The position numbers and the translations under genes were made by a program. A DNA stretch of 64,000 nucleotides. Source: Ramazzottius varieornatus. Taxonomy: Eukaryota > Animalia > Tardigrada. Of the stretch, positions 1-14,371 are shown one piece after another. The stretch is from positions 583,620 through 647,619 of the forward strand of contig BDGG01000004.1 of NCBI GenBank assembly GCA_001949185.1, written 5' to 3'. Below the pieces are notes generated by a model. The model searched no databases, had not been told where the DNA came from, and saw nothing but the letters and a program-made list of their open reading frames with translations. Numbering within the stretch: position 1 is the stretch's first letter; every line of letters starts with the position of its first letter.

Positions 1-1616
1 TCAACCAAAGAACTCACGATAGAACCACTATCTCATTGGGATTCGAGCAGAGAACAGAGCGAAGGAACGACTACTGAGCACAAGACGAAGGTACCAGTCA
101 ACGCGCAAAGTACTGTCAAAGCGAGCATCGGGAACGCCACCCAACTGCCAACACCGCCCGTCAGAGAAGTCCAGCAGGCAGTAACTCCAAAGACACCTGA
201 AGTGACAGTTTATGTCGGACGTACTCCGGTCATATTACAAAGCAAAAGTAAGACTGAAAAGCCTTCCTTGCCATGTTTCTCCCTTCATCGAGGGTTTCCG
301 TCTATTATTCCAGCTGAAGCTACAGGCGGTTCGGCGCTTTCAGCCGCCTACTTCAGGGTTCCTCTGGATCTCGAGTCGAATTTCACTTCGGTTGTAAACA
401 CCAAAGCAGGCTCTATGGTCGTCATCCCACCAAGCCCGGACCATTCCTGCTACCGGTCAGCTTTCCTGACCATCGGACTAGCTGCAGTGCAGACAGCGGC
501 GAAGACACAATTCTGCAACCCGGCTGCAGCCAACCTCAGTCGCCTATCAATCTATGAATCAAAGGTAAAACTTATCTGGAATCTAAACGACAGATCGTTC
601 GTTACTCTGAGCCGGCGATTCTCCCTGTAGGTGGCAGCCCAGTTTGTCAGTGGCAACTTTTTCATCGCTTCGCTGTACGAATCGACGATCGAGTTCGTGG
701 CCGTTCTCAAAGGCCAAGAAGCTCTCTTCGACGTCCACAGCAACATAACAGATGCTCAGTACTCTTCGGTGGGTGTCCAGATCTGCGAAGGCTATCCGAC
801 GGTTTGTGTCATCGTCAGAACCTGTCCGTACGGCCGAGAATGTTCTGCACAAGTCCGCTGCTACCGCATGGCACGCTTCATGTGGTCCGCCATACTCAAC
901 ATGACCGTTTCGCCGGATGCGCTCCTCCACATGGCAACATACTCGCGTTCCGATCGATGTGTACTGATTGTCGAAACGCCCATCTACCGTCCATGGACAG
1001 CGCCGATATCGGCTACTCTGACCATCTACCGTCTTAAATCAAGCGCCAAAGGTCGGTTGCAGCATGACGCAACGATAACCAGCCTGTATCATTCTGACAT
1101 TTTCAAACTCAACATACATCAATTCTTTTAGGGGCGAAGCTTCTCGTGACTTCGCAGGAGCGAGTCGGAATCTGCATACCGCCTAAGCAACTTCGAGTCG
1201 TCAGTGTGAAACGGAACATCTGGTTAACCACCGCGATAAAAGACGGGACTGGTACCTGTATCCCAGGCATCTATGAACTCTTGTCTGACGAGAATGGTGT
1301 CAACGGCGAACCCTTGAAGCTAGTGCGTCAGTTTGATGGGAAAGACAATGGTCAAGTGTACGCGGTGATGGGCAAAGATGTCCCAGCATGTGTGCCACGG
1401 GGGGATGTCCTGCTCATCAATACCACCGGGAGGGCAGAAGCTTTCCTGGTTGACAAAGCTGGGCAAGCGGGAGTTTCACTAAGACCAATGTCCCACCGAA
1501 ATCTACCCGGTAACCTCCAAGGACAACTAAAATTTGTGACCATTGCTAACCACACGTTTTTCATGTCTGTTAGTGGAACTCAAGCCATTACTTTCAACGT
1601 TATTTGTGTGAACTAG
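1..1616 (+). CDS. 5'-truncated multi-exon gene of unknown function (exons ~1-564, 631-1051, 1132-1616)
   Basis: The frame is open from base 1 and is Thr/Pro/Glu-rich. GT..AG introns 565-630 and 1052-1131 join three ORFs in phase. The stop is at 1614-1616. I recognise no family. Confidence 0.6.
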
Positions 1617-2985
1617 AACGGTGGTTGCAGAAACAGTATCATGCTGCGTTACGTTATATTATCATTCAGTTTACGGCGGAACAATCCTACCCAAATATGT
1701 GTTCATAGTAATGTATCCGTGAGGTGTGTTATTTTCCCCGAAGTCGGCCAAGGCTGTCGGCTGAAAAGCCGTACAGGACTAAGAGAATGGACGATCAGAG
1801 GGGAAGCACGGTACATCAACTATTAATAAGATTCGCCGAACGATAACTGATAGTCGTCAAATTAGGCACTTTCGGATATCAAAACTGGTGCTTCGTGACA
1901 GTTCACAGTATCGCGGGTTCCTCAAATCACAATTAACAACAAAATTAAAGTTTTTTTCTCGATCCCAATGAAGACGGATTCAAGGTGAGCAATATCGTTT
2001 CGTGTTCAGCGGCTGTTAATCAACCAAAGTCTTCCTTGCCATAGACTTTTATAATATCAGAACGCAAAAATGGGCGTGTTCACATGGGAAAGTCTACTGC
2101 AACCTGTCTGGTCTGGCAGCAGTCTTGTGCCTCCTGAGTCCTGACTTGCGGCTTTCATGACGAGAATTTCTCGTGTTGTACTACCGATGTGCTGACAGTA
2201 AATACAATGCTGTACGATGGTACTCGTCATATCGGTGCTGCTACAGTCCTACTGTTGCTGCTGTTCGGCGGCATTTCTGTACGGTGTTTTTGCGGGTGGG
2301 AGTTTTGCTATTGTCTGATGCAAAGAACTGCGACAACGTTGACCCTTAACCATTTAATCACAGATGTCAAGAACAGCAAAAGCGGCAGACTTCTTATTGG
2401 GCACTGTCGACGAGCCAATTGCAAATAAATAAGCGCCACACTCACGTGCCACCGATAGGTCTTTCTTTCCTGGTAATTATATGACAACTGTCGACCAGCG
2501 CTCAAATTTTTACTTCTAATTGAAAGTGAGCTGCGGTGAAAGAAGCGCAAATACGGGGAGTCGAAAGTACGAGGACCTTGGTTTGCAGTATCTGTCACGC
2601 CCTCTGGCATTCGACGCCTGTGGTTCTAGGAGTTCTGCGGCGACGGAATGGGTCAACCCCATCGGGAACAGGGTTGACGATTTTCTTTAGGATTTCGTTC
2701 TTTACAATATTTTACAGCGTTCGTACTGAAATGTCCACCGTGTGGATGATTTTTGTGCTATGGGCATCGTTGTGGAGATCTGGGACTGGAACGAGACTTC
2801 CATACTGTCAAAAATGGACATGGGGAAAACTTCAGGCTCTGACTCGCAAAATCCGCCGATTTGTGTCCGCATCATATACTCGGAAGCCGCATGTTTATTC
2901 TTTCTCTCAGAAGAAAAATGCGCTATTTTTGTATAGAAGACATATTAATAGTACATACACATTCTTTGAACTGCAAGATGGAAAC

Positions 2986-3354
2986 TCATTTTTTACCGCT
3001 GTTAAAACAAATTATGCCATTTGCAATGCAGCCATTGAGGCCGGAGTTGGTTGTAGTGGACGTAGATCCAACCGTATTGAGAGTCACACCGGGGTATGGA
3101 AAGAACCCGGAATTGTAGCTGGAGTAGTACGGGCTGTTGTAGATTTTGTAATGTGCTGTGGACGGAACGGAGGGGAGGTGGTAACACTGACCGTTGACGC
3201 AGTAAGTCGACGGAATGGAGCTGCCGGAATTGTAGTAAGAATTCAAATACGGATAGGGATAACGCCATCTGTGGGCACTCGAAGTACCGACGCGACACGC
3301 AACCAGGACGGCAGTAAGAAGGATTGCCAGGTTTTGCCTCTGTAGGTTCTCCAT
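2986..3354 (-). CDS. Small secreted Tyr/Ser/Pro-rich protein with two Cys loops and a C-terminal GKK
   Basis: The N-terminus MENLQRQNLAILLTAVLVACRVGTSSA looks like a signal peptide. It is followed by YPY/YY repeats, CVNGQC and CIANGIIC, and ends SGKK-stop. Confidence 0.7.
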   Translation of the reverse strand: MENLQRQNLAILLTAVLVACRVGTSSAHRWRYPYPYLNSYYNSGSSIPSTYCVNGQCYHLPSVPSTAHYKIYNSPYYSSYNSGFFPYPGVTLNTVGSTSTTTNSGLNGCIANGIICFNSGKK

Positions 3355-4068
3355 CGTACTTTCGACCGTGTGGTAAATCAACCGAACCGATCGGTGCACA
3401 GTTTTCGAAATTAGGAGCTTCGAGACAGATTGCGAGGAAGAAACCTCCGTTGGCTGCGTTATATACCGGTCTCTGGTCGACTGTGTTAGAAAATTGTGTA
3501 GTCATATTGGCCATATATCGAGCTTGAAATCAGAAATGTAAAGACCGAAAACATGCCCTTGATCTATCTAAAAGTGATGATGCTGTGGAAGGGCGAGTTG
3601 TCGAGAAAACATATTCCTTCTAAAGAAAACATTTTGCACGGTTGAAGAAACTGGAAGGGAATCTCAGTGTTATTCAGATGCAACGTTTTAACTGCAGGCC
3701 GGTGAAATGTGGACAAAAGACGCCGTGGGTTTCTTCTTACTCCGAGTTCGGTGTGCCGAATATGTCAACATCGTAAAAGAAACAACACAGGTTCGAGGTA
3801 TACGTCGTGGAGAAAACAATTCACTCAGAGCTCCAGACAGCTTCGAATAAGCCTGCTTTATGAGTACTGGCAACGAGGACGTATTCGACCGGATAAGGCA
3901 TTATAGCAGGCCAAGGTTACGGCAACAGAAAGCATCACACGTAATTACCGTACATGACAGGAAACAGGCGTCCAGCGCCCCGCATATGAACTTTCACTGG
4001 TGCTGGATAAAACTCCAGGTACTTGACCGCTCGAAGCGAACACTACAGCTTCAAGCCTCCAAAGAAGA

Positions 4069-5955
<1,887 letters not shown>

Positions 5956-6632
5956 TTTTAGCCAGCTGAACGTTCCGAAAGTTGCAAGTAAGTAGAGCGC
6001 ACTTTGGAATTCAGATGCAAAGTATCGAACAAGCGATGAGGGATGGTTTCAGAAACGAAATTCTCGGCTTTATGTACTCGCAAAATCTACAATATTGACT
6101 CTTTTGAGCTGACATGTGTCATGTCTGTTTGTTCCGCATGCGCAGTGGTTTTTTTTGACATTGATGACGTCAAATATGTATGTTGCTGATTGTGTAATAA
6201 AAGGTAGCGGAAGAATATTAGTCAACGATTAGAGTGGATTTCTGTGATCCTCTACAATCAGGAAGTCCGTCTTGGCATCTTACGGAGCTTCATCATTGTA
6301 GCTGGAAAGCTTAACGAGGTGTTTGAGTTGTAAAATGAGACAAGCGAGACAAGTCAAGTGCACGGTATCACGTAAGACCCGCCGCCGGCGAGTGTTAACA
6401 TTGGTGTGGGAGCCGCTTTATTACACTTTCACTTCACAGCGAATCATTCGTGGGAATATTAATGGGGATCTTAGCTTTGCCAATAGTACTAAATACTGGA
6501 TGGGCATATCCAAGTCGAAACTGGGTCTAATCAAAGAACGCTAAAAGACAGATGAGAATCTGGTCAAGAGTACTGATGGCGGCACATGGATAAGAAAAAC
6601 ATGAAATTCATTAACGTTAACGGGCATGACAT

Positions 6633-7890
6633 TCAGTTAGCTAAGTTGCTTGAGTGGTGCTTTCCCCTGGTGGGGAATGAATGGGAATGCTTGTGACTGC
6701 TGACGACAAAGGGTGCAATGGACTGACGAGCGCATAATCCGCTTCGGATGACATGGAGAACCCCTTGTTGGAACAGGTCGCTGCTCATCAAGTAAAATAC
6801 CTTCGATCAGAAAACAGAGAGGGAGATGTTAACATGGTTCTGCGGAGCTTTCTTGAGAATAAGGATCAGAATAGGTTTATCCCTAATGAAATTCTCCGCG
6901 GAAATGATGAATTTGGGTAATTGGTTTGGTACTCACGGGGTTCATGGTGGCAAAGCTCAAAGTCATCCACCGGAACAACGCACCAATAAGCGAACTGGTA
7001 CTCAGAATTTCCGGGAAGAATGTCACCATAAGGGCAAATGGATAGATGGCCAAACAGTGCCACAAAAAGGATAGGAACAGGCCCCGGGTAATCCCTAGTC
7101 GATGCTGCAGCGAGTGTAGCTTCCCTTTGTTATTACCGGCGTTTTGTTTTTCCCGGCGTAACAACAACCAAGAGCGGAGCAGTAGGATAACGTATGCATC
7201 ACATGTCACACTGGTCGGTAGGTAAATGGACATGGTAATATAAACCAGCATGGTTTTTCCGTTCGAGACAACAGGAACCAAGAAACAACCTCCCGTGGCG
7301 GGACTACGAACCATTTGCACCTGGTAGGCCGCCGCAGGAAATGCGGATAAGGTGAAGGCGATGAGCCGGGGTAGAAGAATCATGGCCGCAATGGATTTCC
7401 TGGTGAAGAGCCGGCGGTATGTCAAGGGAAAAAGCGTGGCGCAAAGACGCTGGACCGCGGTAAGGGCCATGGCGTACAGGCTAGCCGGATGGATGGTGTA
7501 GTTGATTAGAGAGTAACCTAACCGGCAGAACATGGGCGGAAGGGCGTGGCGCGGTCCCAGGAGCAGAATGATGGAGGATATGGGGCCGACGATGGCGGAG
7601 AGTAGGATGTCGATGACCACGCATTGGATCAGCAGAGCAACGCCTTTGGAACGACGTAGAGGTTGGTAGGTGACGATGGCGGCTAGCATTAGGAGGTTGG
7701 CGGGCACACCGATGGCGTTGGTTACCAGAACCGTGACCATAAGCGAATAGGTACTTTGGCTGACTCCTTGAAAAGTCGTGTTGCTCGAAACGTTCAGGTT
7801 TGTACTGCTGTGGAACAGGAATGTTCCGTTCCGGTTCGGATTTTGGACAGGATGACCATCGGTGATGGTTAGTGTTGAGTTGAGATCCAT
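6633..7890 (-). CDS. Class A (rhodopsin-like) GPCR, orphan (exons 6937-7890, 6633-6800)
   Basis: Seven hydrophobic segments follow an N-terminus with N-glycosylation sequons. QRL sits at the DRY position. NP|VFY is restored across intron 6801-6936. Confidence 0.8.
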
Positions 7891-8586
7891 CTCGAGACGA
7901 GTTTCTTGTAAAATGCGCATCGGAAAGCTGGGATAGTTAACTTGGCAGGGACTCTTGTAGGTGTGCACCTTGAAACCTTAAGCTCCAGACTTAACCATAA
8001 TTAATGACGACTTAACAATTCCAATGACGTCTCCCAAGCTCCGCGAGGACTGCACCAGAGTAAGAAACCAAAGTAGCTAAAGCGTTGACGGGTGCTACAC
8101 TCTTGAAATTTTAATTTTCATTGCATGACGCAGGCGTATACAGGTGACCTTGCGCAGTCCCAGGCAGTCTTGTATCAGATCAAATCTGCGACGACGGATT
8201 ACTGAGCTAGTAAGAACCACAAGGGGCTGGAAAAACCCTTGTTACCACTAAGCTTGACGTAGGTGTTTACCGTATCCAGACGCGCGAACCGTCACAACAA
8301 GGACCACTTAAACAAAGCGAAGGTCGACAGCACAGCTTTCTGGAACCTTTCAGTGATCAAATCATATGGGAAATGGCTCAATGCTTTTTAATGCATCCAC
8401 AGCTAGACGCACCACTGTCGGAAATACTGATCGTTTATTAATGGCAAGGTAATGGGAAATGATTCGGGGCCGCGCGGTAGGTCGACCGGGTAGAAGAATA
8501 TTGTTTTGACGGACTGTTTGCGGTAATTGTATTGAGAAAAATGGGTAGATCTCGTGCCATGCTTTCAACAAGAGAATTTTTCCCCT

Positions 8587-11023
8587 TTATGCGTTGTCAT
8601 TCAGACGTTTGGATACAAACGCCACCGCGCTCTGCAAAAAAAATCCTCGGTCAATCGTACTACAATTCCCGGTAGGATAAATATATCGGCCATCGTTTAG
8701 TGATCGGGCTAATTGAGGCCCATGCATGGGACGTGATACCATTGATAATCGGTACCGGCAAAGTTCCCTTAGGCTCAACTTACCGTCAAGAACTGGCGCC
8801 ACAGGTCGGCAGTGTTCTCTCTCCGAGACTGGAGCTGACCTGCCGGTGTCGTCGCCGATGCATTGGCCATTCTGCTCCCTACATACACAAGTAGATTGTA
8901 AGAAGTATCGCGAAATCAGAACCGTGCCTGTCTCATGAGGCAACTTACTGAGAACATCCGAAACAAGTTGCTCGGTTATTGTCTGCAAAAGTAATTCACT
9001 GTATTTGCAGAAGCGAAGTTTGCGAATATTGACATCGATCAATAACTTTACGCTTTGTCGGGGTCGATTTCGATCTTCCAGAATTGCATTCAGAGCCAGA
9101 GCCAACACCTGTAAAAAAACATCGGGCTGAGTTTCCAGACAAAGCTATCCGACATCAGTCGTTGCTCTCCTCTTTACTTACCGCATCGGATTCCGAGATC
9201 GGCTGAAACTGAGCACTTCCCGGTCCATTCACCAGTCCGTTTGGAACGATCGGAAACTGTTGTGCCAGCGGAGTCGACAGTCCATCTCCGGAAGTCAGTC
9301 CGGCCAGTGCGGTCCCGAGTCCCCGAATGTCCACTTGGTTTCCACGTGTCTGATATCCGCCACTACCATACTGTCCAGCCCCATAACCTCCATCGACTAT
9401 TCCACGCTGAGGGAACGGTGGTTGGTACCCACCGTTGGCTGGTGGGAATAATGGTCCGGATGACGGCAGACGGCCATAGTTATCTGGCCGAGAAAGTATA
9501 CTTGACTGATCGTAATCTGTCCCCTTGTTGTAATAACTCCCTCCATACCCGTTATAGGCTAATGCCACGCCGCCATGGTTGTCGGAGTATGGAGTGCCGG
9601 AAGCCAGGCCGACGCCCACACCTTTGTTGTAGGAGTCGGTACCGTACTTTTGACCGCTGCTGTAGTCACTGTTACCGTAATCACTGTTGGAACTATACTG
9701 ATTGTTCGGGTGTGACGAGCTTGAGTAATCTGGTGTAATAAGAGGAAACGTTCCTCCTCCTTGATATGGTTTGGCTGTTGTAAATCCTAACCCTGGACCT
9801 ACTCCATTGCCGACTCCGAACGGGGGCCGAAACAGCCCAAGTGGCGGCTGACCGGCACCTGGACGGAAACTACCAGGAAATCCATTATTAAATCCGCCTG
9901 GAAATGGTCCACCAAAGCCTGACCCGATTCCAGGGCCGATACTGCCAAGCCCGAACGACCCACTGTTTATTCCAGCATTCAGTCCGATATTCAGCGGTGG
10001 GTTGTAAGCACCCGAGCCGAATTGAACAGGTGGTGGGATTGGAGGAAATGGTATCGGTGGCGGCTGACCATGGTTATCGTAGGTGTACTCATCAGTGTTC
10101 CCAACGAACGTACTGGCCAAACCCGGAAGCACCGCAGGTGTGTACTTTCCGCCATTCCCAATGATGTTCTTGTAGTCGTTTTGACACTTATAATGATTAC
10201 AATTCGCATTGGTCAAGACAGCGCCAGGTGCTGGAATGAAAGTTATGGTGGACGGAGGTGTATTGGTATACAGTGGTGTCACTGACGTGTAGCTGGGTCT
10301 CACAGGAATCGGGTTGTAGACATTTCCAACGTTGTAACTGAGCTGGTTACTGTAACTGCTACCTGGATACGAAGGATAGGCCGGGTTGGGACCGGTCACG
10401 ATTAGCTCCGGATCGATGTGAGGTTTCCGGTAGTCGGTATCCGAAGTGGCGGTACCGTAAGAACCTCCGGTGACTTTGTTCTGGTAGCCATAACCGACAG
10501 CCGGGCTGACATAGCTATTCGTACCATAAATGACGGAAGGAGTGGTGTAGGGACTTGCGGTTACCTTGCTCTGGTACGCGTAAGTGTCGCCAGAACTACC
10601 ATAACTGGAGGTGTCAGGTCCAACTGCGTAGGCGCTGACATTCGGGTAAGGAAGCGCCGGTGGAGCAGTAGGAATGTAATAGGTTTGAGGGGTGAGAACA
10701 ACACTGGGTGGCGTTACTATGTACGGTTTATCGGAGTACGGTGCTGGTGGCACGTTGGTCACTTGGTATCCAGTTGCTTGCAGTGAACCCGGTGGAGGGA
10801 TATTGGACAGGACGTCGAGCAAACCATACAGGTTTGTGGCTCCGGTAACCTGGGTTGCTAGATCGTTATTGGAGGGGACGGAGAAGCCCACAACTTGAGT
10901 GACTTTGTAATCGAAGAAAGCGAGAAGCAGCACAACAATAAGGAAGGATATCGAAAGCGACATGATGACCACCAACGCATATTTCATATTGAGTAGCCTA
11001 ATGTGATAGCTGTGTCTTCGCAT
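8587..11023 (-). CDS. Large Gly/Pro/Tyr/Ser-rich low-complexity protein with an N-terminal signal/anchor (exons 9182-11023, 9052-9108, 8949-8982, 8784-8878, 8587-8631)
   Basis: The 622-aa ORF has a hydrophobic N-terminal segment. A GTAAGT donor at 9181 and three further GT..AG introns extend it in frame to the stop at 8587. Confidence 0.75.
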
Positions 11024-11481
11024 CGATCCGCTGTGAGATAATAAGTGATGAAATATGGACCGGTTAGATCAGTTTTTGTAGCAAGAGAGTGCATTGAAAG
11101 GGAGTTTTTCCTTGTAGGGTAGGTCGATGCCGCAATGAAGCGAAGAAAATGTGGTTGATCTAACCGTTTCTTAGCCCATTTCGACTTTATACACTCGTAC
11201 TATCACAAACATCACGTCAAGTACAGTACGAAATTTCAGATCGCCTGTTGGAATGGGAATACAAAATTTCGAAATCAAAAGTACAAAAGTAGAAAAATAC
11301 AGTATGTTTCTTTGAGCTTGAAAGCCAAAAGAGCCACACTAGTTTTGTGACGGATCACCGAATTGCATCAACAAGGTGAGAGACGACCCATGCCGGACAG
11401 AGGTCGTAAGCTTGTTGATTAAAATTTAGTGTGTCCGTCATGATCAAGGTATTCACCGGCGTCGATCAGCAGACCACACGT

Positions 11482-11901
11482 CTATGCGAAAGCATCCAAC
11501 AGGAGCTGGAAAAAGAAGATTGAGTAAGACACAAAATGCAGTCAAGTTCCAGAGGCTGTTTCGGATGGACATACCAGGCTGGTGACAAATTCGTTGGCAA
11601 AACCACCTCCGAAGCCACCAAAACCGCCGTAAACGGGATACGGGACAGGATAGTATCCTCCACCATAACCTCCATAACCGTGGCTTCTTCCGTAACCATA
11701 CTGAGGATATCCGTAACCACCTCCGTATCCTCCTCCTCCATATCCTCCTCCTCCATATCCTCCACCGTATCCACCACCGTAACCTCCGTCGTAATAATCG
11801 CCACCGCGTTTCACTCGGTTCTTCGAGACGGGACCAGCGTATGCCAGGCTGGCAACCGCGAAGACCACAGACAGGGATAGAAGAAGGAATGAGTGAGCCA
11901 T
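11482..11901 (-). CDS. Secreted glycine-rich (GGY-repeat) peptide precursor (exons 11575-11901, 11482-11505)
   Basis: Signal peptide, RVKR furin site and GGYGGG repeats. Intron 11506-11574 gives the C-terminus FVTSLLLLDAFA*. Confidence 0.8.
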
Positions 11902-12765
11902 GGTACCGAAGATGAAGCGAGAAGATGAAATTGTCCAACTGAGTAATTAGACGACACAAAGCACGAGCTCGTTTGCGTTTTATACTGGATACATTCGAGT
12001 GCATTGTTAAATTGGTCTTTTGTCTTTGATGCAACAATTAACTGCGTAATGTGGTTTCCTAATCACGAGCACTGTATGCAGTGGGCGTAGGTGAAAGCAA
12101 GACTTATGATAAGACGCCAGGAAAAACGAGGTCCCGGTCGGCAAAGCGACGAGGCGTGAAAACGTAAGCGTGCCGTTACGATTTTACTGCGAAGAGCCCC
12201 ACAGAGACAGCATTCCGGACTTGACAAGACATAAATCATTTCCTTCTTTCATAATTTCAAAACCTCCCCGTTATTCATGGCGTTGTTTCTCTAACATTCG
12301 ATCTTGAACCAGATTTCCGGAACATCTGAGGTCTGAAGGTAGTGCTACAGAATATGATGCTAGCAGTAGCAGCTCCGAGGCCGCGAATACGTCATCGCTG
12401 AAACTCCTGACGTCACGCAGCTCCAATGTAGTGCATCATCGAGCTCACCACGTGGTTCCCGTTATCTCTCCGTTACGGCACGTGACTTTTCTTCATTCCC
12501 GAAAACGGATTTTCGAAGATTTTTCATCGATTATTCCTCTGATTATTCCTTCGTTCCATTTCCTGATGACTGTTCTTTGTTGAGGACTCTTCGTATCCCC
12601 ATGATGCTCCTCCAACAATGTCGTAGTACTCCCACTGCTCCTCATTTGTGTGTCGGACATCGAGCCTCAAAGTCGACTGGCTTTAGATTTGGCCAAAACT
12701 TCAGCCAGGAATCAGAGTGACGAGTCGCTTTTTGAGACAACACGCTTTCGGTTGACTGTCATGCC

Positions 12766-14039
12766 ATGCCTTCGTGCTCATCCATCTTCTGGATCTCCTG
12801 GTTTCCGCGGTCGAAAACGATTTTCTCCTTTGTACTTCTCATCATGTGTCTACTGATCGGTAATGCCCTGCAAGCCGTTGCGTCAGAACATCCAGATCTA
12901 CCACCACATCGAAAAGGTAAGAATTATTTCGTTCGGATGGATTAATTGAGGGCGTCGAGGAGGCTATAAAAATCAGGCCAGTCCGAGCTGGCGTTACCAT
13001 ACTCCGAACCTTTGCTTTCTATTCTACAGTACCATTCTTATGACTTTCGCAGAGTTGATATTTTCCGGAAAGGATTCAGCTCCGAAAGCGTCTCCCGATG
13101 TTACAGTCGAGTCTCTCCCTCGTCCTCATCTGATGCAAAACGTAGGGAAGCAGCCTTCGGGTGATCGAATGCCGTTCTCCGCCACTCGTCAAGTCGACAT
13201 GGCCCTTCCAGACGGTACCTACATGCCTTTCTGTTCCGACTCTTCCGTCAGTTGTCAGGACCTTTCTGCTCACTGTCTTCACTGTGATATGCTACGCGTT
13301 CTTGGAAACCCTGATTGCATTTACGGAGAACCCGCAAACTACACGTGTCGGGTCAAATCTAGCGTTCAATGTCAGGTAAATATTTGCCCAAATTTTCCGA
13401 CAGCAAAATTGTTTGTGTTTTCTGAAGACATTATTTCTCTCTTTCGTTTCAGGGACCAACCACGTTCACATTCGTGGCGCCATGTCGTTACTGTTACCAA
13501 ACCGAGCCGTACGAACATTCCTGTGTCTTCTCCCCATGTCGACAAGGACAGTATTCTTACAACCAAAGACAAAGGGCCAATTGCACGACGAATCATGAAG
13601 TGATCTGTTTAGGTGAGAATCTTATGAAGTCCTTGCTTTCTGTAAACTGAAGGCTCTGAAACATCCTTTTCACCGCCGAAATTTTCGCTCTTGACCCTTT
13701 GGAGAACAGTCTCAACGAGCTTGTTTACCGAGCTCCCAAAATGGTTCTTTTTCTGAGTAACAACTAGAGCGATGATTTCTTTGTTCTGCAGGAAACCGTC
13801 GTTTCTACAAGAGTGAAGTATGCGCTTTTACGTCCGGATATCGTTGGTCAGTAGCGATGTTTCTGAGTGTAACAGTTGGTGGTTTCGGTGCTGACCGATT
13901 CTACTTGGGTCACTGGCGCGAAGGTATCGGCAAGTTATTCAGCTTTGGTGGTTTGGGCATCTGGACGCTGGTCGACATTGTCCTGATCGCCATCGGCTAC
14001 TTGCGTCCCGAGGACGGTTCCTTGTACGTTGACTTTTAG
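12766..14039 (+). CDS. TM2D3: TM2 domain-containing protein 3 / almondex
   Basis: Signal-peptide exon 12766-12916, then Cys-rich exons to 13375 and 13453-13612 (CRYCYQT). The last exon carries the TM2 motif GGFGADRFYLGHWREGIGKLFSFGGLGIWTLVD. Confidence 0.9.
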
Positions 14040-14371
14040 TATTTTACTCTGTTAGATTCATTTCAGCGTCTGTGATAAAAGGCACTTTCTCTGATACGTA
14101 ATCTAGATTTTATTTCTCTTATTATAAACTTCTTGTTCTCTCTTGTCGAAATGCATTCTATCCACTTTTGTACTTCAGTGGTGTTGAGCAAAAACGACGC
14201 ATCAAAGAATTAAGACAAGGCGATACTGAAAAGGATAAGATTCTAAAACCAGCCGACTTTTTCTTCGGCAGTCGATAAAAACCATATGCGGCAAGAGCGT
14301 TAAACTTCTTCCAGGCTCGTCCAACAAAAACAAATCGACCACAACTACTTCCTTCGAGATGCTGCTGTGAA

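Noticed and set aside
2536-3345. 269-aa plus-strand ORF
   Set aside because: It is largely the antisense shadow of the secreted peptide gene and has no recognisable motifs.
14084-14100. AUCAGAGAA downstream of MAT as a MAT2A-like METTL16 hairpin
   Set aside because: It lacks the UACAG core and no stem is evident.
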